Shown one piece after another: positions 39,114-48,819 of a DNA stretch of 64,000 bases. The notes below the pieces were generated by a model, which was not told the origin of the DNA, did not search any database, and worked only from the letters and a program-made list of their open reading frames with translations. Numbering within the stretch: the first letter of the stretch is position 1; each line of letters opens with the position of its first letter. Source of the stretch: an uncultured Gammaproteobacteria bacterium (GTDB lineage Bacteria > Patescibacteriota > Microgenomatia > Levybacterales > UBA12049); contig OZ246394.1 in NCBI GenBank assembly GCA_965230895.1, positions 505,316 to 569,315 on the forward strand, read 5' to 3'. The position numbers were made by a program, and so were the translations under genes.

Positions 39114-39518
39114 TTATTTTTGAAAGAATTTGGTATGGAGCGATTGGATATATGTTTCGTCTAATTGCATCTTTTTTAACTGAACATCTGATGGAATAAA
39201 ACGATACTGGTCAATGTCTAAAGTGAAATTTTCTAAAATTGTTACTCCTTCGGCAGAAAGCAATTTTCTTTGTACATGTTTATCGTTATATAAATTACCA
39301 TCAATTGAGATACGTCCTGAATTATTAATAACTCTCCACCATGGTAAATCAACTGATGATTCTATACTGCGCAATGTCCAACCGACCTGTCTTGCTGCTC
39401 TAGGAACTCCAATATACGCTGCAACTTGTCCATAACTCATAACCTTACCCTGTGGAATCATACGGACAACTTTGATAACTTTTTCTTTAAATGTCGACAT
39501 TTGCATATATAGTAGCAT
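39114..39518 (-). CDS. Alkyltransferase-like (ATL) protein. MGMT DNA-binding domain lacking the acceptor Cys (PWWRV).
   Basis: YGQVAAYIGVPRAARQVG...LPWWRVINNSGRIS. Trp replaces the Cys of PCHRV, as in E. coli YbaZ-type ATLs. Confidence 0.75.
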   Translation of the reverse strand: MLLYMQMSTFKEKVIKVVRMIPQGKVMSYGQVAAYIGVPRAARQVGWTLRSIESSVDLPWWRVINNSGRISIDGNLYNDKHVQRKLLSAEGVTILENFTLDIDQYRFIPSDVQLKKMQLDETYIQSLHTKFFQK

Positions 39519-39558
39519 ATCCCGTTGAATAGCTGATATACAATGATATAATAAGCCA

Positions 39559-40905
39559 ATGGATATCTGGTCTATTGCAACAACACTTTTTCTTTCAATG
39601 GTTCTTGGAGCCGTTATCGGTTTGGAACGAGAAGTAAATGAGAAAGCTGCTAAAGAATATAAGGGTAAAGATTCAGCAGTTGTTGGACTTCGAAGCTTTT
39701 CTTTTATTGCAATTCTCGGCGCAATCGTTGGGCTACTTTATCCAAACTTTATTGGCCTTTCTCTGCTTATTGGAGCCTCGTTCTTAATACTTCTTCTCAT
39801 TTTTTATGTGATAAATTCTCACCAAACTGATGGGCATGGCATCACGACAGAACTTGGAATGATTTTCAGTTTTGTCATTGGGATCATTCTTGCGATAAAA
39901 CTCTTTCCAGTACAATTGGTATTTGCATTAACAATCGTAATTATTCTTTTGCTTTCTCAAAAAGAAAAAATCAAAGACGTTGTAGAAGATATCCGTAAGC
40001 AGGAAATTAATGCCTTTGTAAGTTTTGCACTGATTGCTATTGTCATTCTTCCCTTCCTTCCGAATACATCATTTGCGATTGCTGATATCCCTGGGATTGG
40101 AGGATTTCTTTCAAATTTCCATGTAAATGTCCAAAAGGTTACAAACATAGATATCGTCAACCCATTCAGTCTGTGGCTTATCGTTGCGTTAATTACTGGT
40201 GTTGATTTAATTGGTTATATTCTGGAAAAGACGCTGGGAACGAAGAAAGGTTGGCTTATTGCAAGTGCTGTCGGAGGTTTCGTTTCATCGACAGCAACGA
40301 CATTGTCGCTCGCGCAAGAAAGTAAAAACCGAAAGCAAATTAACCCACTGATCTCTGCAGCACTTTTATCAAACCTTGTAAGTTTCTTCCAAATTGCCAT
40401 CCTTATTGGAGCTTTAAACGCTTCACTGTTACTCAATTTATCTCCAATCCTTGGACTTATGATATTCGCGACGACTGCTTTGGTTATCTATTTCTTGCGA
40501 GCTAATGAAGTCAAAACCAACACGAAAGAAAAAGTTGTTAAGACTGAGAGAAAAGGCATTATTGATATTGCAGGTGCATTAAAATTCGCATTAATCTACT
40601 TAACCATAAGTATTGTTTCTAAAATAGCACTGGCTTTCTTTGGCAATAGCGGTTTCTTAATTACAACTGGAATTGGAGCACTTGTCGGACTCGACGCTGT
40701 TATGATTAATACGGCTCAACTTGCCGGCCAAACAATTGATTACACCTTGGGAGCAATTGCATTTATCATTGCTAATGGAGTTAACCTATTAGGAAAAACC
40801 TTCTTCAGTTTCCTTCAAGGAAAGAAAGAGTTTGCGATCAAATTTGCAATCAGCGTTGTAGTAATTATCGCTTCAAGTCTTTTTGGATTATTCTTTATGG
40901 CGTAA
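39559..40905 (+). CDS. MgtC/SapB-family N-terminal domain + DUF4010 membrane protein
   Basis: Polytopic TM protein with this architecture. Confidence 0.6.
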   Translation: MDIWSIATTLFLSMVLGAVIGLEREVNEKAAKEYKGKDSAVVGLRSFSFIAILGAIVGLLYPNFIGLSLLIGASFLILLLIFYVINSHQTDGHGITTELGMIFSFVIGIILAIKLFPVQLVFALTIVIILLLSQKEKIKDVVEDIRKQEINAFVSFALIAIVILPFLPNTSFAIADIPGIGGFLSNFHVNVQKVTNIDIVNPFSLWLIVALITGVDLIGYILEKTLGTKKGWLIASAVGGFVSSTATTLSLAQESKNRKQINPLISAALLSNLVSFFQIAILIGALNASLLLNLSPILGLMIFATTALVIYFLRANEVKTNTKEKVVKTERKGIIDIAGALKFALIYLTISIVSKIALAFFGNSGFLITTGIGALVGLDAVMINTAQLAGQTIDYTLGAIAFIIANGVNLLGKTFFSFLQGKKEFAIKFAISVVVIIASSLFGLFFMA

Positions 40906-40910
40906 CGAGA

Positions 40911-41984
40911 TTATCTTCCAAACATTGATAAGAATAATCTAAGAAGCATTGCAAATAACGCCAACAAGAAACCGATAAAGCCCCCTTCTCCATTAATAGG
41001 AGGTAAACCACCATTGCCAGGATCACCAGGGTTTCCCGGGTTATTTGGATCGTCAGGACCACCAGGTTCTCCAGCTCCCGGAGTGGTTGAGATAGTTCCT
41101 CCGCCAGGATTTGGATTATTCGGATCGATAGTTCCAGAAAGACCAGGAGCAGGCGTACCACCACCATTTCCAGGACCATCACCACCTGGTACATCAGTTG
41201 GTGTAGGACGCTGAGTAAGAAATACCGTTGGCGCTAAAACACTAGTAGGTGTTGGTGTAACTGGGAAATTATCTGGCGCTTGTGTTGCGACCCCTGTCGG
41301 ACAGACGTTTCCAAGGCATTGAGGACTTGGAACCCCTGTTATACCAGGATTAGAACCATTTCCTAACATTGGAGTCAGAGAGTTATTAGGATTACCAGCG
41401 AATGCAATTGTCCAATAGGCTGACTGTCCTGAAGCATCGGTTTCAACTGCTACTGCAGCGAGTGTATATGAAGCATTTGTTAAGATAGCATTATCCGGTG
41501 GATCGATCTGCAAACCAGCGATGATTTCATCTGCGGCAGGAGCACCATTAATAATGATTTCATTGTAGTTATTGGTATTTCGAACTCCACAATCTCCAAA
41601 TCGAAGATCCATCGATCGACCTAACGAATCTATCTTCTGAACACTGCCCCGAGAAATCATGTCATGAGTCATCCAAGATGCTTCTTGATTTAAGCTTTGA
41701 TCCCATGTTAGCTGACCTAGGCCTTTTGCTGCTCGATATTGATTAATTCTATTGAAAAGATCTTGTTCGAGTGCAGATGTCTGGAGCTGGACAGAAGTTA
41801 TGCTGCAATCTCCTGCTGCACGCGATCGAATATTTTGAGACTGATTTGCCTGATAAACTGCAACGAACAGTGAGATAAGTAAAACTGTCATTGTGACCAG
41901 GAGATTTATATTTGGTCTTTTGAATACCGGCTGCTTTGAAGCCTTTTTAGGTGCGGGTTTCTTATTTGTATCTTTTTTTGCCAC
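40911..41984 (-). CDS. Secreted CAP(SCP/PR-1)-like domain protein with Pro/Gly-rich linker and C-terminal TM anchor
   Basis: N-terminal TM/signal, YRAAKGLGQLTWDQSLNQEASWMTHDM is CAP-like. PG-rich low-complexity tail. Confidence 0.45.
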   Translation of the reverse strand: MAKKDTNKKPAPKKASKQPVFKRPNINLLVTMTVLLISLFVAVYQANQSQNIRSRAAGDCSITSVQLQTSALEQDLFNRINQYRAAKGLGQLTWDQSLNQEASWMTHDMISRGSVQKIDSLGRSMDLRFGDCGVRNTNNYNEIIINGAPAADEIIAGLQIDPPDNAILTNASYTLAAVAVETDASGQSAYWTIAFAGNPNNSLTPMLGNGSNPGITGVPSPQCLGNVCPTGVATQAPDNFPVTPTPTSVLAPTVFLTQRPTPTDVPGGDGPGNGGGTPAPGLSGTIDPNNPNPGGGTISTTPGAGEPGGPDDPNNPGNPGDPGNGGLPPINGEGGFIGFLLALFAMLLRLFLSMFGR

Positions 41985-42060
41985 ACTCCATTATTGGCTC
42001 AGCATTGCAAAAAATGCAAGCACTAAATACGAAATGAGCTTGTAATGACAGCGTTAATAA

Positions 42061-43794
42061 CTACGGTGTTGCTGTCAAATTTTGAGGGAGTGAAAGAAGT
42101 TCAAAGTCATCTGCTCCAAATGCTCGCGCATCTTGAATTGAAAGAACACCATTCCATGAAACGCTTTTACCAGTAAGTACTTCTGCATACAATGTCGCAA
42201 CGCCTGATGTATCGACAACATACGCTCCATATGTCTGTAATGCTCGACCTATTACCTTACAAGCGTTATTTGAACCACATTTTGCATTCACATCCACAGA
42301 TGCTTTTAATCGGAGCCGCGCTCCTTCAGGAATGTTCGCTGAAGTATTTCGGTTTGAAGCACTGGCATTGTCGGAATGAGTAGCAATATTCTGTGTAATA
42401 CCGTCTGTACCAAGTCCCATTGCATATGCTTTTCCTCGAGTCCATGGATATGCCATAGCAAGAGCATGTTTGATTTCTCCATCTTTCATTTCCTGATATC
42501 GTATACTGCCAGCAACTGCAGATCCACCATATGCTCGAGCACTTCCTGACCATGCTGTTGTTTGATAGCCAAGCCCTGTAGTACTAAGCTTTGAACCAAG
42601 TCCTGCTGACCATGTGCCATTACTTGCTTTTCTCATATCCCAGAATTCATATATTGTGTTATTTGGAACATCCCAAATTGAAAGATGATGATCGCTACCG
42701 ACAGATGTTTTTGCTTGTGCAGGCATTGGCACATTCGTCAAACCTCCCCACCAACCGGTATTGTCACCGACGTTCACTCGTGGAGTCGTACTATCAGCAT
42801 AGTACAACGGAATCCCATAATCAGGATATGACGATGTTCCCTGGATATCAAATCCTGCACCGCGCTGATTGAATGAATACTTCAAACTTCCAACACTTGT
42901 ACTTGAGATCATTGTCGCAGATTGTGGGGCAACTGAACCAATAGCAGGGACATTCCATGCAGAAGTTGCGCTAAACAATTGGCATGGATACGTATTCGCA
43001 TTCATTGTATTCGCAGAAGGAATAATTCCAGTACAACCACTTGTTGGAGTTGGAGAAGCTGTAGGGGTAGGCGTTACAACACTGGTTGGTGTTGGAATAT
43101 CTGTAGGAGTAGGAGTCGCAGTTGGCGTTACGCTTGGAACGTCTGTTGGTGCTGGAGTCGGAGTTGCGGTAGGAACTTGCGTTGGTGTAGCAGTTGGAGG
43201 TACCACCGTAGGAGTCGGAGTTACACCATTGTCTAACACAAGACTGATATCATCAATTTGCATTCTATTACCAGATACAGCATTATTTTGGACAACGTAG
43301 ATTTCAAGTCCAGTTCTCCCTCGATCCATTACTGCAGAAACAGAAATTTGTTGCCATGTTGAGCTAAGAACAACTGCAGCACCCATTGTCGTCTTTTGAG
43401 AGGTTGAACCACCTGATTGTCGAAGAACGACTTGTGCTGTTTTCCCAGAAGCATTTGAAGTCCGAACCCATGCAGTTCCAACATATTTAGCACCAGCTGT
43501 TGGATTGGTAACAGTCGCAGGATTATCATCCATAGTATATGCAGTACCACTCGTCCGAGTAATTTCACATGATGCAGCACCAGAACGTGCAATTGAAGTA
43601 TTACGAGATAAAGAACCTTGCCAGCCAACCCAACTGGAAGTATTTGTATCACAGCCAGGATTTTTAACCAAGTTTGGCCCTGCAGCAGAAGATGTTATAG
43701 GGAAAAACACGGTTAGAAGAAGTGCAAAAATGCCTGTGAAGGCAAATTGGATATATCTTTTATTTTTTAGATTTTTACTCATTGAAAAACTCAC
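42061..43794 (-). CDS. Secreted protein with N-terminal carbohydrate-binding-like domain, Thr/Pro-rich linker and C-terminal domain of unknown function
   Basis: Signal/TM segment, CBM_4_9-like N-terminus, (TPTP)n linker. Confidence 0.45.
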   Translation of the reverse strand: MSFSMSKNLKNKRYIQFAFTGIFALLLTVFFPITSSAAGPNLVKNPGCDTNTSSWVGWQGSLSRNTSIARSGAASCEITRTSGTAYTMDDNPATVTNPTAGAKYVGTAWVRTSNASGKTAQVVLRQSGGSTSQKTTMGAAVVLSSTWQQISVSAVMDRGRTGLEIYVVQNNAVSGNRMQIDDISLVLDNGVTPTPTVVPPTATPTQVPTATPTPAPTDVPSVTPTATPTPTDIPTPTSVVTPTPTASPTPTSGCTGIIPSANTMNANTYPCQLFSATSAWNVPAIGSVAPQSATMISSTSVGSLKYSFNQRGAGFDIQGTSSYPDYGIPLYYADSTTPRVNVGDNTGWWGGLTNVPMPAQAKTSVGSDHHLSIWDVPNNTIYEFWDMRKASNGTWSAGLGSKLSTTGLGYQTTAWSGSARAYGGSAVAGSIRYQEMKDGEIKHALAMAYPWTRGKAYAMGLGTDGITQNIATHSDNASASNRNTSANIPEGARLRLKASVDVNAKCGSNNACKVIGRALQTYGAYVVDTSGVATLYAEVLTGKSVSWNGVLSIQDARAFGADDFELLSLPQNLTATP

Positions 43795-44084
43795 GCCTAA
43801 GACCTTATATCAAATACTATATATAGATGTCAATATAATAAATTGCATTGAGGCTGCAATGGAGAGATAACTGGGTGAGCCACATGGGTCTGGAACATAA
43901 CGTCGCCATAACTCACATTTGACCTATTGTATCAAATCCTCCAATTTTTATCATTATAACTGTCTCATGTCGAGGCGAAACAAGACAAATAAGACACTGT
44001 AAAAAAGCCGTCTCATTTTTTATAATGTGCAGAGTTACAAAAGTCAAATGATATATTTTGAACTATTTATAGTAACCTGCCTTC

Positions 44085-44669
44085 TTGTTCTGCAAAATGA
44101 CATCGGCAGCAAAAACATATATAACTTTTAATAAGAAGCGACTTGCACTTTTTGTCCGTACCTATGCTTTTTATGTCATCGTTTATTACCTGTGGAAGAA
44201 ATATAAGATTAAAGCAAATCTAAAACCAAAAGATCTCCGCAAAAGATATTCCAAACGAGCTGTTCCAGAAATATCAAGACTTGCTAGAATATTGAATCTC
44301 AACTACATAGAACTACGGGAAGCGATTGTGCTGAATAAAACAAAACGATTGGACCGAGAGTTTGCTGATGATAAACAAATAAAACTATATATTTCTGTTG
44401 AAGAAGAGATAATATCACTTGCTAAAGCAAAACAGCAGGAATCTGACTATACAGAACCTGATTATGAGGAAGAGTTCGGATTACTCACCATGGCAGTTGA
44501 AAGGGCTATTGGGAACGCTCTGGATGACGTAGACGATGATCTGGTATTCGAACAACAGTTTGGAGAGTTAAAAAGAAAATATCTCTATTTGTATTACAAA
44601 ACTGCTCATAAATACAAGCTGCCGACAATAAGGATTGTACCATTTGTTATGCGACTTATAATCTCTTAA
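44085..44669 (+). CDS. Hypothetical protein (left edge of the prophage-like island)
   Basis: ORF only. Confidence 0.35.
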   Translation: MFCKMTSAAKTYITFNKKRLALFVRTYAFYVIVYYLWKKYKIKANLKPKDLRKRYSKRAVPEISRLARILNLNYIELREAIVLNKTKRLDREFADDKQIKLYISVEEEIISLAKAKQQESDYTEPDYEEEFGLLTMAVERAIGNALDDVDDDLVFEQQFGELKRKYLYLYYKTAHKYKLPTIRIVPFVMRLIIS

Positions 44670-44704
44670 CAATTACCATCTCCGCTTAATTCTAGGAGGT
44701 ACTA

Positions 44705-45181
44705 TTAAAAAAAGTTATTCAAACCATTCTTGTCTTTAACTCTAATAAACTCAATACAATACCCATAGCTGGATGGAACCATTAATAAGCCATGTCTTAA
44801 TACTGGCTTCCGATTATCCCATTGAGACACAACAGTATTCTTACCAACCAGTCTTCCAGCGTGCTTAAGATCGCCAGAGAGATAGTAAAGGACAATGTCA
44901 CCGGGTATTCGTTTTTCATGAGAACTTAGCTTTTTGACAAATGTAAAATTTTCAATCGCCCTAAGAACTGATGCTTTACCTGCTCTTTCATTTCCGAAAG
45001 CATAACCAAAGCAATTTCCCATTCCATCAGGCTGAGGAGGTTCAAGAAATGCTATAAAGCGTCCGTATCGCTTGGGTAAAGTACTTTGATATTTTTTAGG
45101 ATCTTTGAAATCCGGATTGTCATACATCTTGTCTATCGCTGATATCGTTGTTGGTTGTGGATGTCTTTTATAAGTATTCAT
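44705..45181 (-). CDS. Hypothetical 158-aa protein, last gene of the CD-NTase operon. Possible Cys/His hydrolase.
   Basis: GNCFGYAF ... KHAG spacing is reminiscent of Cys-His catalytic dyads. 9 nt downstream of the 2TM gene. Confidence 0.4.
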   Translation of the reverse strand: MNTYKRHPQPTTISAIDKMYDNPDFKDPKKYQSTLPKRYGRFIAFLEPPQPDGMGNCFGYAFGNERAGKASVLRAIENFTFVKKLSSHEKRIPGDIVLYYLSGDLKHAGRLVGKNTVVSQWDNRKPVLRHGLLMVPSSYGYCIEFIRVKDKNGLNNFF

Positions 45182-45189
45182 AAATTAGT

Positions 45190-45777
45190 TTAGTAGCTTT
45201 TATCAGGTTTTTGAATGTTTTTAATTTTAAGCTCTTTTGGTAGGAATCTGTCAATTTCTTCATCAGACCATGTGAAATCTTCGTTTTGGACAACACCCTT
45301 TTCATTTAATCTTTTTTGTGCTTCTTCGTATTCTTCTCTTCCTGTTTGAGGGGCTAAGTCACAAAGTATTTGGTATTCTCTCAATAAATCGTCACGTTTA
45401 TTAATAATTTCTCTGTCAGAGATACTTTCATTGATAATATCTGTTATTAAAGAAGTATAAGCATTTCTCAGACCGAGATACTTTAGTGCTGAATTTTTAT
45501 AGAGAATGGTTTTATCTTCAAACTTAAAAGACAGTTGAAAAATTAAAAAAATAATTTCTATAACAGAAAGACTAATACCTAAATATCCAAAAATTGGATT
45601 AACAGTCGAAACTGAAAGGACCAAAGTTATTAATACGAGAGAAACCAATACTACGTTTCCTATCTTAACTTTAAAGGCTTTTTTATCCTGAAATTCGGCA
45701 GCAACCTCCTGTACTTTATGAGTAAAAACGGTATTCGCAAAATTCTGTCTTACAATTGATAAATTTTTGATGTCCAT
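45190..45777 (-). CDS. 2TM effector-like protein (SLATT-like architecture)
   Basis: 40-aa cytoplasmic head, two adjacent TM helices (VVLVSLVLITLVLSV / LGISLSVIEIIFLIFQL), about 110-aa helical tail. The ATG is 1 nt after the NTase stop (TAAtATG). Confidence 0.6.
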   Translation of the reverse strand: MDIKNLSIVRQNFANTVFTHKVQEVAAEFQDKKAFKVKIGNVVLVSLVLITLVLSVSTVNPIFGYLGISLSVIEIIFLIFQLSFKFEDKTILYKNSALKYLGLRNAYTSLITDIINESISDREIINKRDDLLREYQILCDLAPQTGREEYEEAQKRLNEKGVVQNEDFTWSDEEIDRFLPKELKIKNIQKPDKSY

Positions 45778-45778
45778 A

Positions 45779-47065
45779 TTATATGGTTCCGATTGGAACA
45801 AATACTCTAGAAAATGCAACGCAAACTCCGTCTTTTATAGCATAACACTCCACATAATGCTCACCCCAATATTTTGTACTCTCAATTTTCTCTTCTTTTC
45901 CCCTATCCGAAGTAATCTCTCCTCTAAGATCACCAGCATTTTGAGCTTCTTCTCCAAAATTTCTCACTTTCCATTTTATCGAATATGGATAAGGAACTGT
46001 ATTTTTAGTTATATGAAATGTTAAGCTTTTCTGCTTTCTCAATAACAGTTTATTAAGAATAATTTCCCCTAGAGATTTTCTTCTAAACCCATTTTGATCC
46101 ACATGTGCATCAATTTTAAAATCAAATCCTGGATTAAGACGAAATGGTTCCTCAAGAAATTCTTCTTTCTCTGACGGATATGATTCCTGAAGCTCTACTA
46201 AGGTCTGATCAAAAGATTTTTCTGATTTTTCTAGCGATGGAAAAGTATCACCGAATATTTTTTTCCATTCAGATACAGCATCTTCAAGTTTATCGTCTTC
46301 CTCAAGCTGCAATGCTTTTTCTGCTCGATTTTTAGCTGTTTCTATATGACTTTTTCTATTTACATTCTGGTTCACATTTATAAAATAAGCAAAAAATTGT
46401 GTGACAAGCGTAGAATAATCACTTTCTGCAGAATAAATAGTGAAGAAGCCTACAACAGCATCTTCTATTTCGTAAGATTTTATACTTATGGAACAGTTTT
46501 CTGTCCATTTCTTGACGATTCTTATCAAAGCTTTCGTTTTTCCTGTTTGGGCATCTGATTCTTTTATTTTCTTTATTTCTGATCTTGGATCCCATTCATC
46601 CCAAGCTCCTCCATTTGCTGTATTTGGGATTAAAAAAGTTCCCTCTACTGCTTCGTTCTCCCATGCAGGTAAAAGCTCAATGTTGTGTGTACCATCTGAA
46701 AACTTGATTAAAACTATCTTTCCCCAAGCTTTTATTATTTCTGTTGTTGTATATTTCTTAGAAAGGATATTTTTTATATCTTGCAAGAGTTGTGATTGCC
46801 CGTTGGATTCATTGTCATCATATTGTTTAAACTTATCTCCGGGCATTATAAATAGAACGTCAACATCTCTAGGAGGTCGAAGATGAGTATGTTTGCCATA
46901 TGATCCAATTAATAATTTTGTGCTACCATCATAATCTTTATTTGGATAATAGTGACTGTGAAGTTTTTTACAAACTCCTACATACTTAGATTTAGCATCT
47001 TTTCTCTGTGCAGAGGTAAGCAAGATGTTTTTATAAAATTTTTCAAAGCATCTTTGAATATTCAT
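45779..47065 (-). CDS. cGAS/DncV-like nucleotidyltransferase (CD-NTase / SMODS-like) with C-terminal extension
   Basis: Pol-beta NTase core LLIGSYGKHTHLRPPRDVDVLFIMP (GS...DhD) and downstream NIELLPAW (hDhhPA-like with Glu). Start overlaps the upstream HTH gene stop (TAATG). Confidence 0.65.
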   Translation of the reverse strand: MNIQRCFEKFYKNILLTSAQRKDAKSKYVGVCKKLHSHYYPNKDYDGSTKLLIGSYGKHTHLRPPRDVDVLFIMPGDKFKQYDDNESNGQSQLLQDIKNILSKKYTTTEIIKAWGKIVLIKFSDGTHNIELLPAWENEAVEGTFLIPNTANGGAWDEWDPRSEIKKIKESDAQTGKTKALIRIVKKWTENCSISIKSYEIEDAVVGFFTIYSAESDYSTLVTQFFAYFINVNQNVNRKSHIETAKNRAEKALQLEEDDKLEDAVSEWKKIFGDTFPSLEKSEKSFDQTLVELQESYPSEKEEFLEEPFRLNPGFDFKIDAHVDQNGFRRKSLGEIILNKLLLRKQKSLTFHITKNTVPYPYSIKWKVRNFGEEAQNAGDLRGEITSDRGKEEKIESTKYWGEHYVECYAIKDGVCVAFSRVFVPIGTI

Positions 47066-47262
47066 TATTTACTTTTTCTATTATAAGGACTTTGGTTTGT
47101 TGGCTTCAAAGAGATATTCAAACTTTGCGCTTTTGATTGTACAGCTCCAGGAGTTCTTCCTACTTTTAGACCAATCACTCTCGTTGGAGTATTTTGCTTT
47201 GCCAGCTGACCCAACTGCTTTTCTTGTGCTGGTGTCCATGCTTTACCTTTGTTATTTGTCAT
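47065..47262 (-). CDS. Small (65 aa) HTH DNA-binding protein
   Basis: WTPAQEKQLGQLAKQNTPTRVIGLKVGRTPGAVQSKAQSL is a helix-turn-helix-like segment. Translationally coupled to the NTase. Confidence 0.5.
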   Translation of the reverse strand: MTNNKGKAWTPAQEKQLGQLAKQNTPTRVIGLKVGRTPGAVQSKAQSLNISLKPTNQSPYNRKSK

Positions 47263-47269
47263 ATGTTAC

Positions 47270-47908
47270 TCACCCACTTTCTTGCCTAACGGCTTTTATT
47301 ACTTGTATTACTTTGCCATTTACGATGAATTCATCATGTTCACTTATATATATTGGCGCATACTTTTTATCTGATTCAGACAATAGGGCAATATTTCCAT
47401 CGACAGAACGATTATATTTCTTTATGTTTGAGCAACCATTAATAATAGAAAGGATGTAATCACCTTTGTTTGGAATTCGTTGATCGCTGTCTATGACAAC
47501 ATAGTCATTTTCTTCTATTGATTTATCATAAATATTAGCTTTATTCATTGAATCGCCCTTTGCGACCAAAGCAAAAATATTTCCTCTCTTCTTTAACAAA
47601 GACTGGGAAACAAGGAGATATTCTTCATCGACTCGACCTTCTGCAATAATTGTTGCAGGTCCACAGTTCGCAGCTCCTACAACAGGTATTTGTACGAAGT
47701 CTGGCTGCATTGATGCACTTTTATCAAGAAATAATTTTATATCCTCACGTGACTTTAGAGAAAGAAGTCCTTTTTTTTGAAGTTGATTAAGGTGGTGTTT
47801 AACAATTTGAGGTTTGTCTTCTCCAATACGTCTACCCAATGGTCGAATGCCAAGATTTAGCACATCTTCTGTCTTTGACAATTCGAGGATCTTTTTTTGT
47901 ATTGGATG
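47270..47908 (-). CDS. LexA/CI-like S24-peptidase repressor (second paralog). Likely start is MHPIQKK, though the ORF runs to 47968.
   Basis: N-terminal LexA-type wHTH, AANCG linker, GDSM Ser nucleophile and downstream Lys (NIKKY). Confidence 0.8.
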   Translation of the reverse strand, partial: HPIQKKILELSKTEDVLNLGIRPLGRRIGEDKPQIVKHHLNQLQKKGLLSLKSREDIKLFLDKSASMQPDFVQIPVVGAANCGPATIIAEGRVDEEYLLVSQSLLKKRGNIFALVAKGDSMNKANIYDKSIEENDYVVIDSDQRIPNKGDYILSIINGCSNIKKYNRSVDGNIALLSESDKKYAPIYISEHDEFIVNGKVIQVIKAVRQESG

Positions 47909-47940
47909 CATAATATATAATATACACGAGTTATAGCTGA

Positions 47941-47993
47941 CCGTCAAGTAATCATTTGACACTGCCATAGTAGTAATTATTCAACTTGACACC
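47941..47993. promoter_or_regulatory. Candidate operator. GTCAA/TTGAC half-sites: inverted pair 47943-47960 and direct TTGACAC repeats at 47956 and 47987.
   Basis: Repeated half-sites in the divergent intergenic region between the S24 repressor and the rightward phage-like operon. Confidence 0.4.
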
Positions 47994-48041
47994 AGCATTG
48001 TTAAGTGGTAATTTGAGATCGAATATACATCTTATAAATTT

Positions 48042-48785
48042 ATGAAAGAAGACTATTTTGCTAAAAAAGCAACACGCATCCGTCAAAGAATAAAAGTTCT
48101 TACCAATATGCCGATTTTCCAAGAAGAAATCAAGCGTTTACGAAAAAAGTGGAATATTCCTTTGAATGGACTAGAAACTGATCAAGATTTAGAAAACTGG
48201 AAAATACAACTAGAGGTTGCAACAGATGATTATGACGAAAGAGAGTGGCCAAAATGCTTGGATGAGATTAAAAAATTGAGACAAGCAGGCAAACATATTG
48301 AAATTGATGAGAAAAGAAAGGAATACCAGTCAAAAAGACCGCTGATAGAGTTTAATGATGACATATGGAGCGTTGTGAGGGAGTATAGACTCTCTCAACG
48401 GTGGAATTCAGGCATCAAACACTATTTGTTAACAAACAGTACTGAAAATTGGGGAATAGCAAATGGAGTATCAATAGTAACCACATGGGCAAATGGCATG
48501 AAATTACTTTCACTTGAGCTCGATGGAGAGACAACACTTATAGACATAAAGCATATGTGGCCGTGGGTAAAAAGAATGCAAAAAGGCTTACTTTCGAAAC
48601 AATTTGATAAATTTCAACCAATCAGGAACTTTGAAAGGGATAAAAGAACTTATGAGCTTGAACAAGACGGAAAAACTCTGGAAGAAATTGCTGAAGCTAT
48701 TAACGTAGAATTTGATAATGCTCTTGTTGAAGGAGAGGTTAAACAAATCATAAAAAGACATAAAAAGCGCCTCAACATTAATTAA
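48042..48785 (+). CDS. Hypothetical protein (first gene of rightward phage-like operon)
   Basis: ORF only. Confidence 0.4.
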   Translation: MKEDYFAKKATRIRQRIKVLTNMPIFQEEIKRLRKKWNIPLNGLETDQDLENWKIQLEVATDDYDEREWPKCLDEIKKLRQAGKHIEIDEKRKEYQSKRPLIEFNDDIWSVVREYRLSQRWNSGIKHYLLTNSTENWGIANGVSIVTTWANGMKLLSLELDGETTLIDIKHMWPWVKRMQKGLLSKQFDKFQPIRNFERDKRTYELEQDGKTLEEIAEAINVEFDNALVEGEVKQIIKRHKKRLNIN

Positions 48786-48819
48786 GCTTAATTGATGTTT
48801 ATACAAAAAGCCCAAGCAT

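Noticed and set aside
41014-43652. Antisense ORFs inside the Pro/Gly-rich and Thr/Pro-rich secreted protein genes (41014..41214, 42869..43300, 42979..43236, 43329..43652)
   Set aside because: Low-complexity repeat DNA yields long open frames on the opposite strand. There are no start or RBS signals and no domain content.
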